Assembly: GCA_036172245.1 (NCBI GenBank)
Contig: JAYWIR010000093.1
Span: 1 to 64,000, forward strand
From: Raillietiella orientalis
Taxonomy: Eukaryota
Length of the DNA: 64,000 bases
Direction of reading: 5' to 3'
In this document: piece after piece, positions 38,235 to 49,597 of the stretch
How positions within the stretch are numbered: the first letter of the stretch is position 1
How the letters are laid out: each line of letters begins with the position of its first letter
Program-made: the position numbers and the translations under genes
Notes under the pieces: model-generated
Seen by the model: only the letters and a program-made list of their open reading frames with translations
What the model was told of the DNA's origin: nothing
Database searches by the model: none

Positions 38235-41200
38235 TGCCGGGAATCTCCTCCCGCCGTCGTCTGCGCATCGCCGTTTGGAACGTGAACGGCATGACAGACG
38301 CCGGCAGGAGACGAGACATGGCCGCCATTCTAGGATCGTTCGACCTTGTGCTGCTGCAGGAGATCCATGTGATCTCTGCAGAACAAGCGCAGGAGATCGA
38401 ACGCATCTACGGAGGGCGGCTGTGGTATCGGTGTGGAACATCGAGAAGCTGTGGTGTCGCCTACCTGCTTCGTCCCGCCATCGAGGCCGCCGCCCGTGGA
38501 GTTCGGTTCGAAGATCACGGTCGTGTCGGCCAGCTGACTCTCAGCTGGTCGCACTCGATCGACCTGATCGTTACGAACGTTTACGCCCCGAGCGGAGCGG
38601 ACCTGACGAAAAGGAAGGCCAGGAAAGAATTTTTCCTTGCCCTCCATCGCGACTGGTTGACCGAGGCAGGCGTGCGGAATGCCCATCTGGTTGCGGGCGA
38701 TTTTAACGTTCGTCTGAAACTGGACGGGCCGAATGACGAGCATGACCTGGTCAACGAGGTGTGCGCGGCGGTGCACACCTGTAATTTGTTGGCCAGTGTA
38801 CCAGGGATGGAGGACAACACCGATCACGTGTTCCTTGACGAGCACCAGTGCACTCGTGTGGGCAGGCGCTGCAAGTTGTTGTGCGAGTTGTCCGACCATC
38901 GACCAATCGTGATTGAAATCCATCCGCGCGACAGGGCCCCCCCCTCGTCAGCGTAGCGTTTGCCAGGGGACCGGCTGAAGCTCCCGGACTCGACGGAACA
39001 TCTCCGCACGTTTATACGGAGCTTTAGGATGCAGACACTTCAGGATTCGGACCGCTTCAAACGGTCGGTCCAGGAGTTCTGCGACCAGTTCCCTCTGCAC
39101 CGCCTACCTGCGGGATTTGGGGACGGGGTACGTAACGAACGAGCCTATCTGCAGGCTTGCCGTTACGCCAGGACCCCCGACATCCGCAGGCTGGCGGAAT
39201 ACAAAGCGGGAGCCGAGAGGCAAGCCTGGCAGTCAGTATCGGCCAGCTTGCTGGACGATCAGGGCCAGGAGCATTCGGCACCCGCTCAGATCCGCGGTCT
39301 GCTGCGGCGTTTTTATTCCTCCCTGTACGCAAGAACGACTCCCGAGCGGGATTTCTCACGAATCCTGCTTCCGGAAGGCGCTCCTGCGATCGGGGAAGAG
39401 GAGAAAAAGTCCCTCGACGAGTCTTTCACGATGGGCGAGATCATCTCGGCCATCGGAAAGCTCAAGAGGCGAAAGGCTCCAGGGGAGGAAGGCATGTCCG
39501 CGGAGTTTTATCAAACTTTCGCGGCTGAGCTAACCCCCCTGGTACATCAACTCACCTTGCTGATACGCGAGACAGGTGACGTTCCCGCCCCGTTTCGTTC
39601 GGCAAAGGTGCGGCTTCTCCCTAAGGGAGGAGATCTGAGGAGCATGAACAACTGGCGTCCCATCACAATAGTGAATGGGGATGCCAAGTTGATAGCTAAG
39701 GTTTGGGCTGAGCGTTTGGGACGGGTTGCAAACGCCTTTATCAGCCCAGAACAGACGTATGCTGTTCCGGGGCGAAGCATGGAGGCGAACCTGTTCCACG
39801 CTTCCACCTGGCTAGAACTCCAACACGAAAGGGGCTTGATGCGCACCGGGAATTCCGGTGAGTCCGTCAGTCATGCGACGGATGGTCGGATGGGTGAGGG
39901 AGCACTTGCGGTCGCTGTCGACTTGCGTAAAGCATTCGACACCGTCGACCAGAATCTCCTGCTGGAACTTTTGGAACGCTTGAGCTTCCCGGCCTCCTTA
40001 TTGGCCTATCTGCGCTCTAGCTAGCGCGATGCGCTAATCAATGTTACTTTCAGCGGGCAGACCGTGCATGGCGTACCGGTGCGACGTGGAATCCGGCAAG
40101 GAGACAGCCTGAGCCCCTTGCTCTCCAGTACCTACTTTGAGTTGGTACTGAAAGCGTTCAGGGAAACTCTGGCGCACCTGCCACATGAATGCGCCGGAAC
40201 GCCTGCGGTTTCAGCATATGCGGACGACCTCCTGCTACTGCTCCCTATGTCCACCCCGGCTTCGGCGGTCGAGAAGTTCTTCGACCTGCTGAATCGAAGA
40301 ACCGGGCTTACGGTAAACAGTGCGAAGTCGTCCGTGATGCCAGTTGGTGCGGCGTGGGCAGGGCAGTAGGACTGGGTCCGTTTGGGGATCCCCACGGTGA
40401 GGTACTTCAAGTACCTTGGTGTGCCGTTGGGGGACTACTCCCCTGCGGAATCGTGGTCCCGCTGCCTTCAAAAAGTAGAGACGGCTATCGGCCCGTTCCG
40501 AGGCGGCAGGTTTTTCCTGCCTGAACGGGCCGCGGTTTGGAACATGTTCGCGGCTCCTCTCCTCCGTTCCCTGTTGTTTGTTTGCCCCCCCACAGAGAGG
40601 ATCAAAAAGCGGACGTAGGACCTCCTCCGTATCGCCCTTTGGGGCAACGGGAGGCCCCGAGTCCGCCTGAAGGACTTGTGCGCTCCGCGTCGGGACGGTG
40701 GTCTCGGCCTCCTGACATTGGAGCGGCTGGAGCTGCAGCTCCAGTTCCGGATTTTGGCACTTGTGCCGGAGTTGTGGTGTACCTGTTGGTGCGTCCCTGC
40801 ACGTCTCCTCCTTCTGCAAGCCACCGGCAAGACGGGACTTACGTCGTTTCTTGCACTCCATCGAAGCCGCATCAACCGATGTGGGCTTCAGCTACGGAGG
40901 GTGGCTGCGCTGACTAGGAAAAATCAAGGATGGATCACTTGTCTCCCCGCGAACGGTAGTGCCTGGTTGCAGGAAACCGTTCGTACGTGGGGACAGTTCG
41001 GCATGCAACCCTCCCATCAGGAATGAAGGTTCTTGTTTGGGTGTTACAGAAGTTGCACGCTCCGTGAGATCCTGGAGGATCCTAAGAAGAGAGCGTGGTC
41101 AGGAAGAACCCCCCTCGCTGCTGCGCTGGGCTCCCTAGTAGAACATCAGGACAGCGATGTTGCGGCGAAGTGAAAGGTTACAATAAAAATCTCCGGGAAG

Positions 41201-41818
41201 GAGAAGAAGCAGAGAGAGTGGAAGACGAGCCAGCTAACTGATGCTGCGTCCCCGAGTGCGCCTCCTAATGGACTTCTGCGCTGGGGAGCGCTGCTGGATG
41301 TTCCGATTGAACATCTGAAGTGGCCCCCGATTCTTATGAACACTTCCATCCTCCCCCTAAAATGGCAGGAGTGGGCATTCCTGTTGCAGCACTGGGGACT
41401 CCCCTGCAACGCCCGTCGACACCACTGGACCTGGGGAGTGGTGGATCCCAATTGTGTAAGGTGCGGGGAACGGGAGTCCCTCCCCCACCTCCTAGTGGAT
41501 TGTGTTGCCCTTCGGCCCCTTTGGTTCCGCTTTGCCGCGGCCATCGGTATCCCTTGCGGCAACCCCAGGGTCGCACTAAAAGCCTTCTTCGTTGCCGACG
41601 CCCTGCGGCCAGCGTCCTCGATAGCAGCCTTGTGCAGCCTTCGTGGGATCGTCGCCGCCTGGAGCACGGCGACGGGAGGACCTAGCGATCAGGAAGCCAA
41701 CCAGTGCGCCTCCGAATTCCTGAGGAGGGCGTCGCGATGGCCCCACCTGGATGTTGACAACAAACAAGAGCTTGCCAGCATCCTGAGAGGGATGATGCGG
41801 CCCCAGCAGCAACAGTGA
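38234..41818 (+). pseudogene. A1 ORF2: APE endonuclease, reverse transcriptase, C-terminal zinc finger; several premature stops
   Basis: WNVNG, LQE, GDFN, SDH; KAPG, NWRPIT, KAFDTVD, GIRQGDSLSP, YADD, KYLG; CVRCGERESLPHLLVDC. In-frame stops end at 38956, 40024, 40369, 40618, 41026. Confidence 0.95.
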
Positions 41819-42010
41819 TCCCTTCCCGTTCCCTCCCACCCTTTGCTTTTTTTTTTTGTTTAGTTTTTTTTTGTTTTTCCCCTTTCCCCTGCTGCCTTAG
41901 TGGACCGTACCGGTCTAGAAACCGGTGAATTGGCAGCCGCCGTGGTTCTTAGCTTCTGGCTGGAGCATTGCCACAGCCATTAATAATTTGTTTACAAAGT
42001 TTATTTTTTT

Positions 42011-42041
42011 AATAAACGACCCGGAGAAATCCGGGTGAAAA
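42011..42041 (+). terminator. 3'-terminal AATAAA plus CCCGG/CCGGG hairpin (element 3'-end signal)
   Basis: aataaa-cga-cccgg-agaaat-ccggg-tgaaaa; equivalent motif at nine other element ends. Confidence 0.75.
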
Positions 42042-42055
42042 TCGAAAGCTTTACG

Positions 42056-43434
42056 TCGGCTAGAGCGGACTGGTTTCCTCGGTGCTCCTCGTGCCGGGAA
42101 CCCTCCCTAGGTGTAGGCTTCGTGTGTGGTGATGGTCGATCAGGCAGCAATGCCTGACACGACCACCAGTGCGTGTCAGGGGGCGGTGGCAACGTCGCCT
42201 CCTGAAGAAATGGAGTGCCAGGTGGCGGCGGCAACGTCGTTTCTAGAGAAGGTGGAGTGCCAGGGGGCGGCGGCAACGTCGCCTTCAGTGGCGAAGGAGG
42301 TGGGGGCGTCCGCCCCCACAAAACCGGTCCCCGCTGCAGCGCGGGCGTGGAGCGCCGTCGTGTCGGCGCCATCGCCTGTTGCTGCGGCGGAATTATCTGC
42401 CTATGTGGAAGAGGGGTATAACCCATCACTATTCTACAAGGTAGGAAATTTGTATTCATCTGAGAGTGCGCGCGCCTTTTCGAAGGGGATGAGCGCTCTC
42501 GATGTTAAAGAGGAGGAGCTCTGCGCTATGACCATTCGTAGCGGGGGGCAGTCCGTAGAGGTGATCTGCAAACATACAGATCTGGCCCAACGTCTGCTTA
42601 AAACCCCCGTGGTAATGTGGACACGCAGATGCCTTCCCGTTACGGCGGACCACAGTAAGGTGGTCCACCTTTTTGGAGTTACCGCGCGGATGCGGAAAGA
42701 ACAGTTACGCGCCGCGTTGGGAAAAGAAGGCACAGTCCATGCAGTATGGACCAAGCCTAGTCCTTTCGAGGACTATAATACAGTTCAGTGCGGCCTTACG
42801 GCTGCCCGTGTAACCGTTCGGGAGGGCTGCACTCTCAAGGAAGAGGTTCGCGCCGCGTCGGAGGAATATCGTACGGTCCACGCGCAGTAGTCCAAAGTTA
42901 CTTCTTTTGAGGACTACACAAGGCTGCAACACGGACTCACGGCTGAAAGCGTGACCGTTCGAAAGGGCGGCACTCTTCCCCACAACCTGGTGGTCGATGG
43001 CGAAACCTTCGACCTATGGTAAGTGGGCAACACGAAATACTGCGGCTTCTGCGATACGTCGGGCCACCTCAAAAAGAGGTGTCCCAACGTGCAGTGCCAA
43101 GTATGCGGCACAATGGGGCACACGAGGGAGGTGTGCTCAAAAGCAGCAGTGCGGGTGGTTTCCAAGAGAAACCTAAAAAACGCGCCCGGCTGCTGCAGAA
43201 AAGGCTGGCGGCGAAAGTTGTCGCGAAAGCTGTGCCACCAGCGTCCAAGGCCTAGGCCACATTCGAGACACCAGCGAACAACGGCGAAAAAGACGAAGGA
43301 TCCGGTCAGGAGATTGGATGGCAGGTGCCAGAGGCCAAAAAATCAAAGGAAAGAAGGTTGGAGAAAAAAATCGTCTACCAACCGAAGAAGAAAGAGCACG
43401 GTAGCGCGATAATTAAAGAGTGCAGCGTCGTCGT
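42056..43434 (+). mobile_element. Family A copy A2: 5'UTR and partial, chimeric ORF1, tandem to A1
   Basis: ORF 42126-42890 is nearly identical to A1 ORF1; internal duplication at about 42837; knuckles CGFCDTSGHLKKRC and CQVCGTMGHTREVC. Confidence 0.93.
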
Positions 43435-45827
43435 TTATTTCCCGGTTGTGGCAAGACGTTTATTAATAATGCCTGCTGGAAACTGTGTTCCTAGGTAAGG
43501 GGAACAGAAGATGGAGAGGAGGGTTCCCGGCACTCAGGCAGGGCACACTCAAAGTTCGGAACGGGTGGGAAAGCACAATAAAGAAATAAACAGGAAGCAA
43601 GGGCAAGGACAGGGGTATGCAAATCAACCGTTCCTATTCTAAGAACCGGCGGTGAATGCCGCCGATCTCCGTCCACACTTCCGCTTGAAGATGTGGCCAC
43701 CTGGCAGCCATTTGCAGGTTGCAGGCTGCATTCCTTGCCGTGACCTCACGACGGCGCGGACGCAGCAGACGATTACGACGACCGCTCCAAGAGAAAGACC
43801 GCCACGCGTATACAAGCGGTGCATCCATTCCTTTGCGGTGTGTCCGGGGTGCAGGAGCGCTGAAGACAGCCGCTGCCACAGCTCCTGGAGGGCACCGCAT
43901 TCAAATAGAAATGCGGAAGCGATTCCACCGCTCCGAATGTTGCGCAGTTCGGGGACGCACCTCTCCCGGAAACGAGGTGCGCGCGCACGTTGCAGTACAA
44001 ACCCCAATGCACCAGCACAAAAGCGTCCTGTTTCCAACGAAGGGGGAAGACTGTCGTGTCCAAGCACGCAGAAGGGACCACAAGTTCTACGGTGGGCACC
44101 CCGAGGATCTCGCTCCACAAGAAAAGTCCCTTGGCACGAAGGCGAGGAGTGGCAGTGTCTGTCAGCTCGCAAGTCCTCCAGCCGCCCAGCAGTCAGGTTT
44201 CGCCTGCGATTTTGCAAACTACCTCCCACCTCGCCTACAGGTCACTGTCGTCTTCCACCATGAATGCACACAGTGCTTCGGCGAGTGGCGTAGCGGCTAG
44301 GTGTGTCCACTGGTTCTCGTCTTCAAGCACCTCCCCCACAAAACAATATGGGAAAGGTTCACGCAACGGAGTTCCAAACGGGACACATCCTGTTGCGCTG
44401 CCCAGGACAATAAGGCTTCCTGCCTCCAGGCGTTGAAGTAAGTCGGCCGGCAGGAGATCCACGCATGCTTTCCCATAAGCGAGGAGAGCTGCTTCAGTGG
44501 GAAGCCGAATTTTCTCTGGGCGCACTCCGTGCGCAGATGCAACGCCCATAGTCCGTCGCCACCCGTGCAGCGCCGCAGCAGCAGCCGCGCCGGAGCACAC
44601 CACGAAGTAGTCCAGAGCTGCGCACAAGGTGCCAGCATGCGGAACTGCACTAGCAGTCCGATCCGCTCCAGCGTCAGGATGCCCAATCCTGCATCCCGCC
44701 GAGAAGCCGCCAAGTCCTTGAGGCGTATCCTAGACCTCGCCGGTCCTCACAAGACGTTTCGCAACAGGCGTTGCGCCCGAAGCTTAGCCGAGTAGGGAGG
44801 GGGACAAACAAAAAAGAGGGCACGGAGGAAGGGGGCAAAGAAAATGTTGCACACGAAGGCCAGTTCCAACAGGAGGAACCTGCCGCCTTGGAACAGGCCC
44901 TGAGCAGTGTTCGCCTTGCGAAGGCAGTCCGACTACGCTTCTGATGGACAGAAGGCGCCCAAAGAAACGCCAAGGTACTTAAAGCACCTGCATGTTGGGA
45001 TCCCCAGGCGGATCCAATCGGACTGCTCATCCCACGTAGAGACAACCGGTACAACGGTTGATTTCGTCCTGACGAAAAGACCCCCTCCCCGACGAATGAG
45101 CTTAAAGAAGTCCTCGAGCCTGGACGCCTGGGTGGACATGGGCAGCAAAAGAAGAATGTCGTAAGAATAGGGGGCCATGGCCGAAGTTCCCGGACAGAAG
45201 CTCGGCAGGATGGCCAGCGTCAGCTTGCACGCACTCAGCACCAACTCAAAGAAGATGCTGAAGGGCAAGGGGATTAAGCTGTCTCCCTGCTTGATACTTC
45301 GCCATATGGGAACGCCGTACACGTTGCGCCCGCTGAAAGAGATACAGCATAACGCGTGGCGCCAGTAGGAGCGCAAGTAGGCGATGAGGTGCGTCGGGAG
45401 GCCAAAGCGTGCTAGAAGCTCCAGAAGGAGGTCCTGGTTTACGCTGTCGAACGCTTAGCAGAGATCGACGGCGACTGCTAAGGTGCCTGGCGTTCCGTCG
45501 TGCCTCGAGCACCGCCACTTCCCTTGGCAGCGGCGCTTTCGCCTGCCTGGCTCTTCTGCGCCACGCGCTGCTGCAACTCGAACCATGTTCGTGCGAAGAA
45601 GAGATTCGCGTCCATGGACCTCCCCGGAACAGCATACGTCTGCTCCGGACTTACCAAGGACTCTGCGAGTCTCCCTAGCCGCGCGACCCAAAGTTAGGAG
45701 AACGACTTGTCGTCCGAATTCATCAAGGACGCAGTTGTTAAGGTGACGCAAATCCCCGCCTTTCGGCAGGAGCCGCTCGTTTGCTGATCCGAAAGATGCA
45801 GGAACATCTCCGGTCTCCCGCATCAGC
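43435..45827 (-). mobile_element. Family C copy C1 (RT to 3' end; catalytic YADD mutated to YSYD)
   Basis: LMRETGDVP, IKQGDSL..APYSYDILLLL, FKYLGV; zinc-finger region; terminal motif at 43435-43464. Confidence 0.93.
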
Positions 45828-48800
45828 GCCGGTCGCGTACGGACGTGCTTTTGCGTCGCTCCGTGGTAGACTGACTCTTGTGAGTTTCTGTTCCACTGTG
45901 CTTCTGTGCTGCTATGGGAGCAAAGAGGAACATCAGCCGCAAGAAGGGAACGGTACCTGATCCTGAGATGGTGGTTTTGGCTGCTAGCCGGGAGCCACTG
46001 TCCTCGCTGACGGCGAGGACGTTCTCCCAGGTCGCTGTCCTCGCGGCTACAATGGGACCTTCGCCCGATAGCCCTGAGCTGCAAGCGTATGTAGCAAATG
46101 GCTACACGCCTGCATTCAGGTATAAGGTGAGTATCCTTATACCTGAGCGGGTTGGGCGCGATTTTGTCCAGGAACTCAGACGGATTAGAGTTCAGAGAGG
46201 CAAGCTGGAGTCCATCATGCCCATGAGTGGGTGCGGCTACTGGAAGGTGTCCATTAAGGACGCTCTTCTTACGCAGCGTTTGCTGCACACGCCGCTGTTC
46301 ATTCGTGGGCAGGAAATACTCCCCATCACAGCGGACCAGTCGTTCGTTGTCCGGCTGAGTAGAGTGAGAAAGGGCCTTTCGTACCGCCAGGCCGCGGAGG
46401 CCCTTGAAAAATTCGCCACCGTTCATGCGCTTTGGAAGTTGCCGAACCTTGCTGAGGGTTTGGAAGACCACCACAGCGGGGTCGCGCTGGTGCGAGTGAC
46501 GATGGCGGATCGCCGGGCAATGCCCACGAGACTGCAGGTGGATGGAATGACCGTCCGCCTGTGGTTTGCAGGGCAAACCCTTGTGTGCGCGGAATGCGGT
46601 CAGGAGGGTCACCGCCTTACGAAGTGTCCTCGGCCGCTTGCCGTTACTGCCACGAGCCCGGGCACACAAAAGAGACGTGCCCGGAGCTCCTTTGAAAAAA
46701 CGAAAAGCGCAAGAAGGAAGCGCGTTTCGCATCACGAAATAAACTCCGCGAATCGTGGGAAAAAAACCTCAAAACTTCGGAGAGCGTTGCGAAAACCGCA
46801 AACGCGCCTGCGCAGAAAACTCTTCCTATCCTCCACAAAAAAGGGGAGAAAAACATTAAAAAAAAACGCATCTCGGCGGAGTCTCTGGCTACCGAGCCGA
46901 AGGAAGCTCGCGAGCAATGCGAGATCTCACCGAAACCTCTTAGCGAAATTTTCAATGCAGGAGAGAGTGCGCCGGAGGGCAAGAAGCCTCCTACTGTCGG
47001 CATCACGACCGCGAATCCTCCTATCAAGGCCTCGGCAAGTGGCGAGGAATGCAATCGCTCGCCTGAAATGGGCAAATCGCGCCCGCGGGCAAAGTACTCC
47101 GTGCCGGCTAACCCTACTGCGGCCAAGATGCCTCCGGCGCCGAGTGCCGCGACGAAACAGCCGGCAAACCCGCAGCCCTCGCGCGCGGACGCAGCGCCTA
47201 CTGCGGCCAAGGAAGAAACTGCTAGAGCGAACACAACCGCTACAGCAGTGCCCCTGCGGTCGCAAAGGCAACGCGCGAATCCTCCCGTCTGCAAGAGGCA
47301 GCGCCATTCGCGATCGCTAAGAGAGTCGCTTACGACTGCGCGGAGGCAGCACTTTAAGAGGCAGCCATGGCAACGCCTTTTACAGCCGCGGGCGCAGCGC
47401 CATCTCAGGAGGGCAAACAACTGCGACGCGAAGAAAGACGGCTGGATACAGGTGAGAAAGGTTATTAAAAAAAAACCGTCAAGGTCCTCGCAGCTCTGTG
47501 TGAAGGTGAGTGGGCAAAAGAAACCCGCGAAACCATCCCAAAAAAAGATTGCGATCCTTTCCTTCTGTGCAGTCGTCCTCTCGCGGATGGAGCGGAAAGC
47601 TGCTGCTGCAGCTAAAAGGACGAAAGTCCCAGCCGCAGTAGCAGAAAGCGCTAAGAAACAGGCAGCAAATGATTCCTGGAAACAGAAGCAGCGCCTGGCA
47701 AGCGCTCGACTGTCGGATTCTGATCCAGAGTTCGACAGAATGAGCACACAGCGCGAAACCCGTCCGAAACCGCGCAATCGCCTCCCGAAGACCCGCAAGC
47801 GCGTTGTTGCCGAAGAGGAACTGTTGCCGGGGAGCAAAGAGGAGGGAATGGGCCTCACCTCTGAGCTACCGGCAACAAGCAGGGCGGCTTCGAATGGAGA
47901 TGTCCAGTCTCCAAGATTTGCCGTTCTGTCTCGTGACCACTCGCCGGACATGGCGAGAAACCTGTGCTCAACTTCCCAGCCTTAATGCAGGAAGTCGCCT
48001 CTCTTCGTCGGTTCAGCGTAGCCTGTTATAACGTCAACTTGCTGCGCAGGGACGAAAAGAGGCGCGGCGTGTCAGACACCCTGCGACACTCCGACTTGGC
48101 GATCCTTCAGGAGATGCATCACATCTCCGACACGGAGGTTGCCGAAATTGAACAGCGCGCGGGTGGCACCCTGTACTGGCGAGAAGGTTCTGCACTATCG
48201 TGCGGAGTCAGGTTTGTCGTTAATAGTGGGATAACGGGAGCGGTGCGCAGCGTTCGATTCGACCAGGAAGGGAGAATAGGCCATCTTGTACTGAAGTGGT
48301 CAGATTTAATCGACCTCGTCCTGACGAACGTCTACGCGCCGAGCGGCTTTTATCGGCGCGCCGAAAGAATCGAGTTCTTCGACGTGCTGGAGAGCCAATG
48401 GCTTAGGAACTTTGGAGCCGGAGTGGCACATCTCGTCGCAGGGGACTTCAACGTCCACCTGCTTCCCAACGAGACGCGGTCCCTGGCGGAACGGTCGCGG
48501 ATGGAATAGGCATGCGGGTCGGTGCACGCGCGTAACTTGGAAGCCGGCGAGCCTGGACTGGAAAGGTGAGTGGATCACGTCTACCTCGATGAACACCTAC
48601 TCCCACGAGTGGGAATGAGAGGCAGGGTGCCGTCTACGTTATCGGACCATGATAGGCTGGAGTTCGAGCTACTCCCGCCGGGCAAGGGACCTCCAAACAA
48701 TGTTTGGAGGATGTTGCCGGATTGGCTGAGTCACCCGGAAGCGGCGGAGCATCTTCGCCAGTTCCTTCGCGGCTTTGCCATCCGGCAGCTCGCAGACTAG

Positions 48801-49085
48801 GACCATCTTAAGAGATCGGTTCGCGAGTTTTGCGACCGGTTCCCCCTGCACCTCCTACCGCGCGGCTTTGGAGAAGGCGTGGCCAATAGCCGAGAATTTC
48901 TGCAGGCGCGCACCTTCTCTAGACGTGCGCAAGTCCGGCACCTCGCAGAGTACACGGCGAGGGCCGAGCTCCAGGTCTGGCAGTCTGGAGCGGCTATTCT
49001 GCTCGACGACAAAGGCCGGGAATGCATGGCTCCTGCCGAAGTACGGCGAACACTGAGTAGTCACTTCTCCTTGCTCTATGCCAAA
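45828..49085 (+). mobile_element. Family D element: 5'UTR, ORF1 (frameshifted), APE and linker; truncated before RT
   Basis: ORF 45914- LQAYVANGYTPAFRYKV..CAECGQEGHRLTKC; TAATG at 47983-47987; CYNVN, LQE, GDFN, LSDH. Confidence 0.92.
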
Positions 49086-49597
49086 TCCCCAACGAAACGT
49101 TTTGGTGCGACCCTCCCTATATCGGTCGGCAGTATCCCCTGAGACGTTCTGAGACCCCTCTTCATGCGAGACACCCTGCCATTAGCCCCAACCCTGGCAG
49201 CGCTCTGCTGCCTCCGAGGGATTGTGGCCGCCTGGAGCGCAGCCAACAGAGGAAGCAGCGACAGGGACCCCATCGTACACGCAGGTCGCTACCTGCGAAT
49301 CGCGATCGGCTGGTCCCATATGGGAACTATGACGAGGGACCTCGAAGGCATCCTGGAAAGGTTGATCTCTCCCTCCGGCAGGCTGTGATCCCTTCCCGGC
49401 CCCCCAAATAGTTTCTTTCTGTTATTTCATTTATTTTTCTTTTTGTTTTACCATCCCCACCTCGCTGCCGAGGAGAATCAAGTTAATCTGCTAACCGGCT
49501 TTCTGGCAGGTCCCAGGAACTATTGGCCGTACTGGGGCCTAGTACCGCAAATGTACTGTGTTTTTTTAATGAACGCTTCGGCGTGACCGGGTGAAAA
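49086..49597 (+). mobile_element. LINE 3'-end fragment fused to D (internal deletion or separate truncated insertion)
   Basis: LAALCCLRGIVAAW..LEGILERL (ORF 49164-49388); terminal motif at 49568-49597. Confidence 0.85.

Larger units (their letters stand above)
36423..42041 (+). mobile_element. Full-length-structure L1/Tx1-type non-LTR retrotransposon (family A, copy A1), mutated
   Basis: 5'UTR, ORF1, TAATG junction, APE-RT-zinc finger ORF2, 3'UTR and terminal hairpin in order; flanked by tcgaaagctttacg at 36409-36422 and 42042-42055. Confidence 0.96.

Noticed and set aside
38954..41173. Programmed readthrough, alternative genetic code or RIP-like mutation explaining in-frame TAG/TGA in A1 ORF2
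   Set aside because: Stops replace different residues, occur in mixed contexts and are not shared by homologous copies; ordinary decay is sufficient.
34307..49085. Twin-priming 5' inversions as the cause of head-to-head junctions (36422, 45827)
   Set aside because: The geometry fits, but the joined halves come from different families (B vs A RT sequence; C vs D ORF1 and APE), so they are not one RNA unless it was already chimeric.
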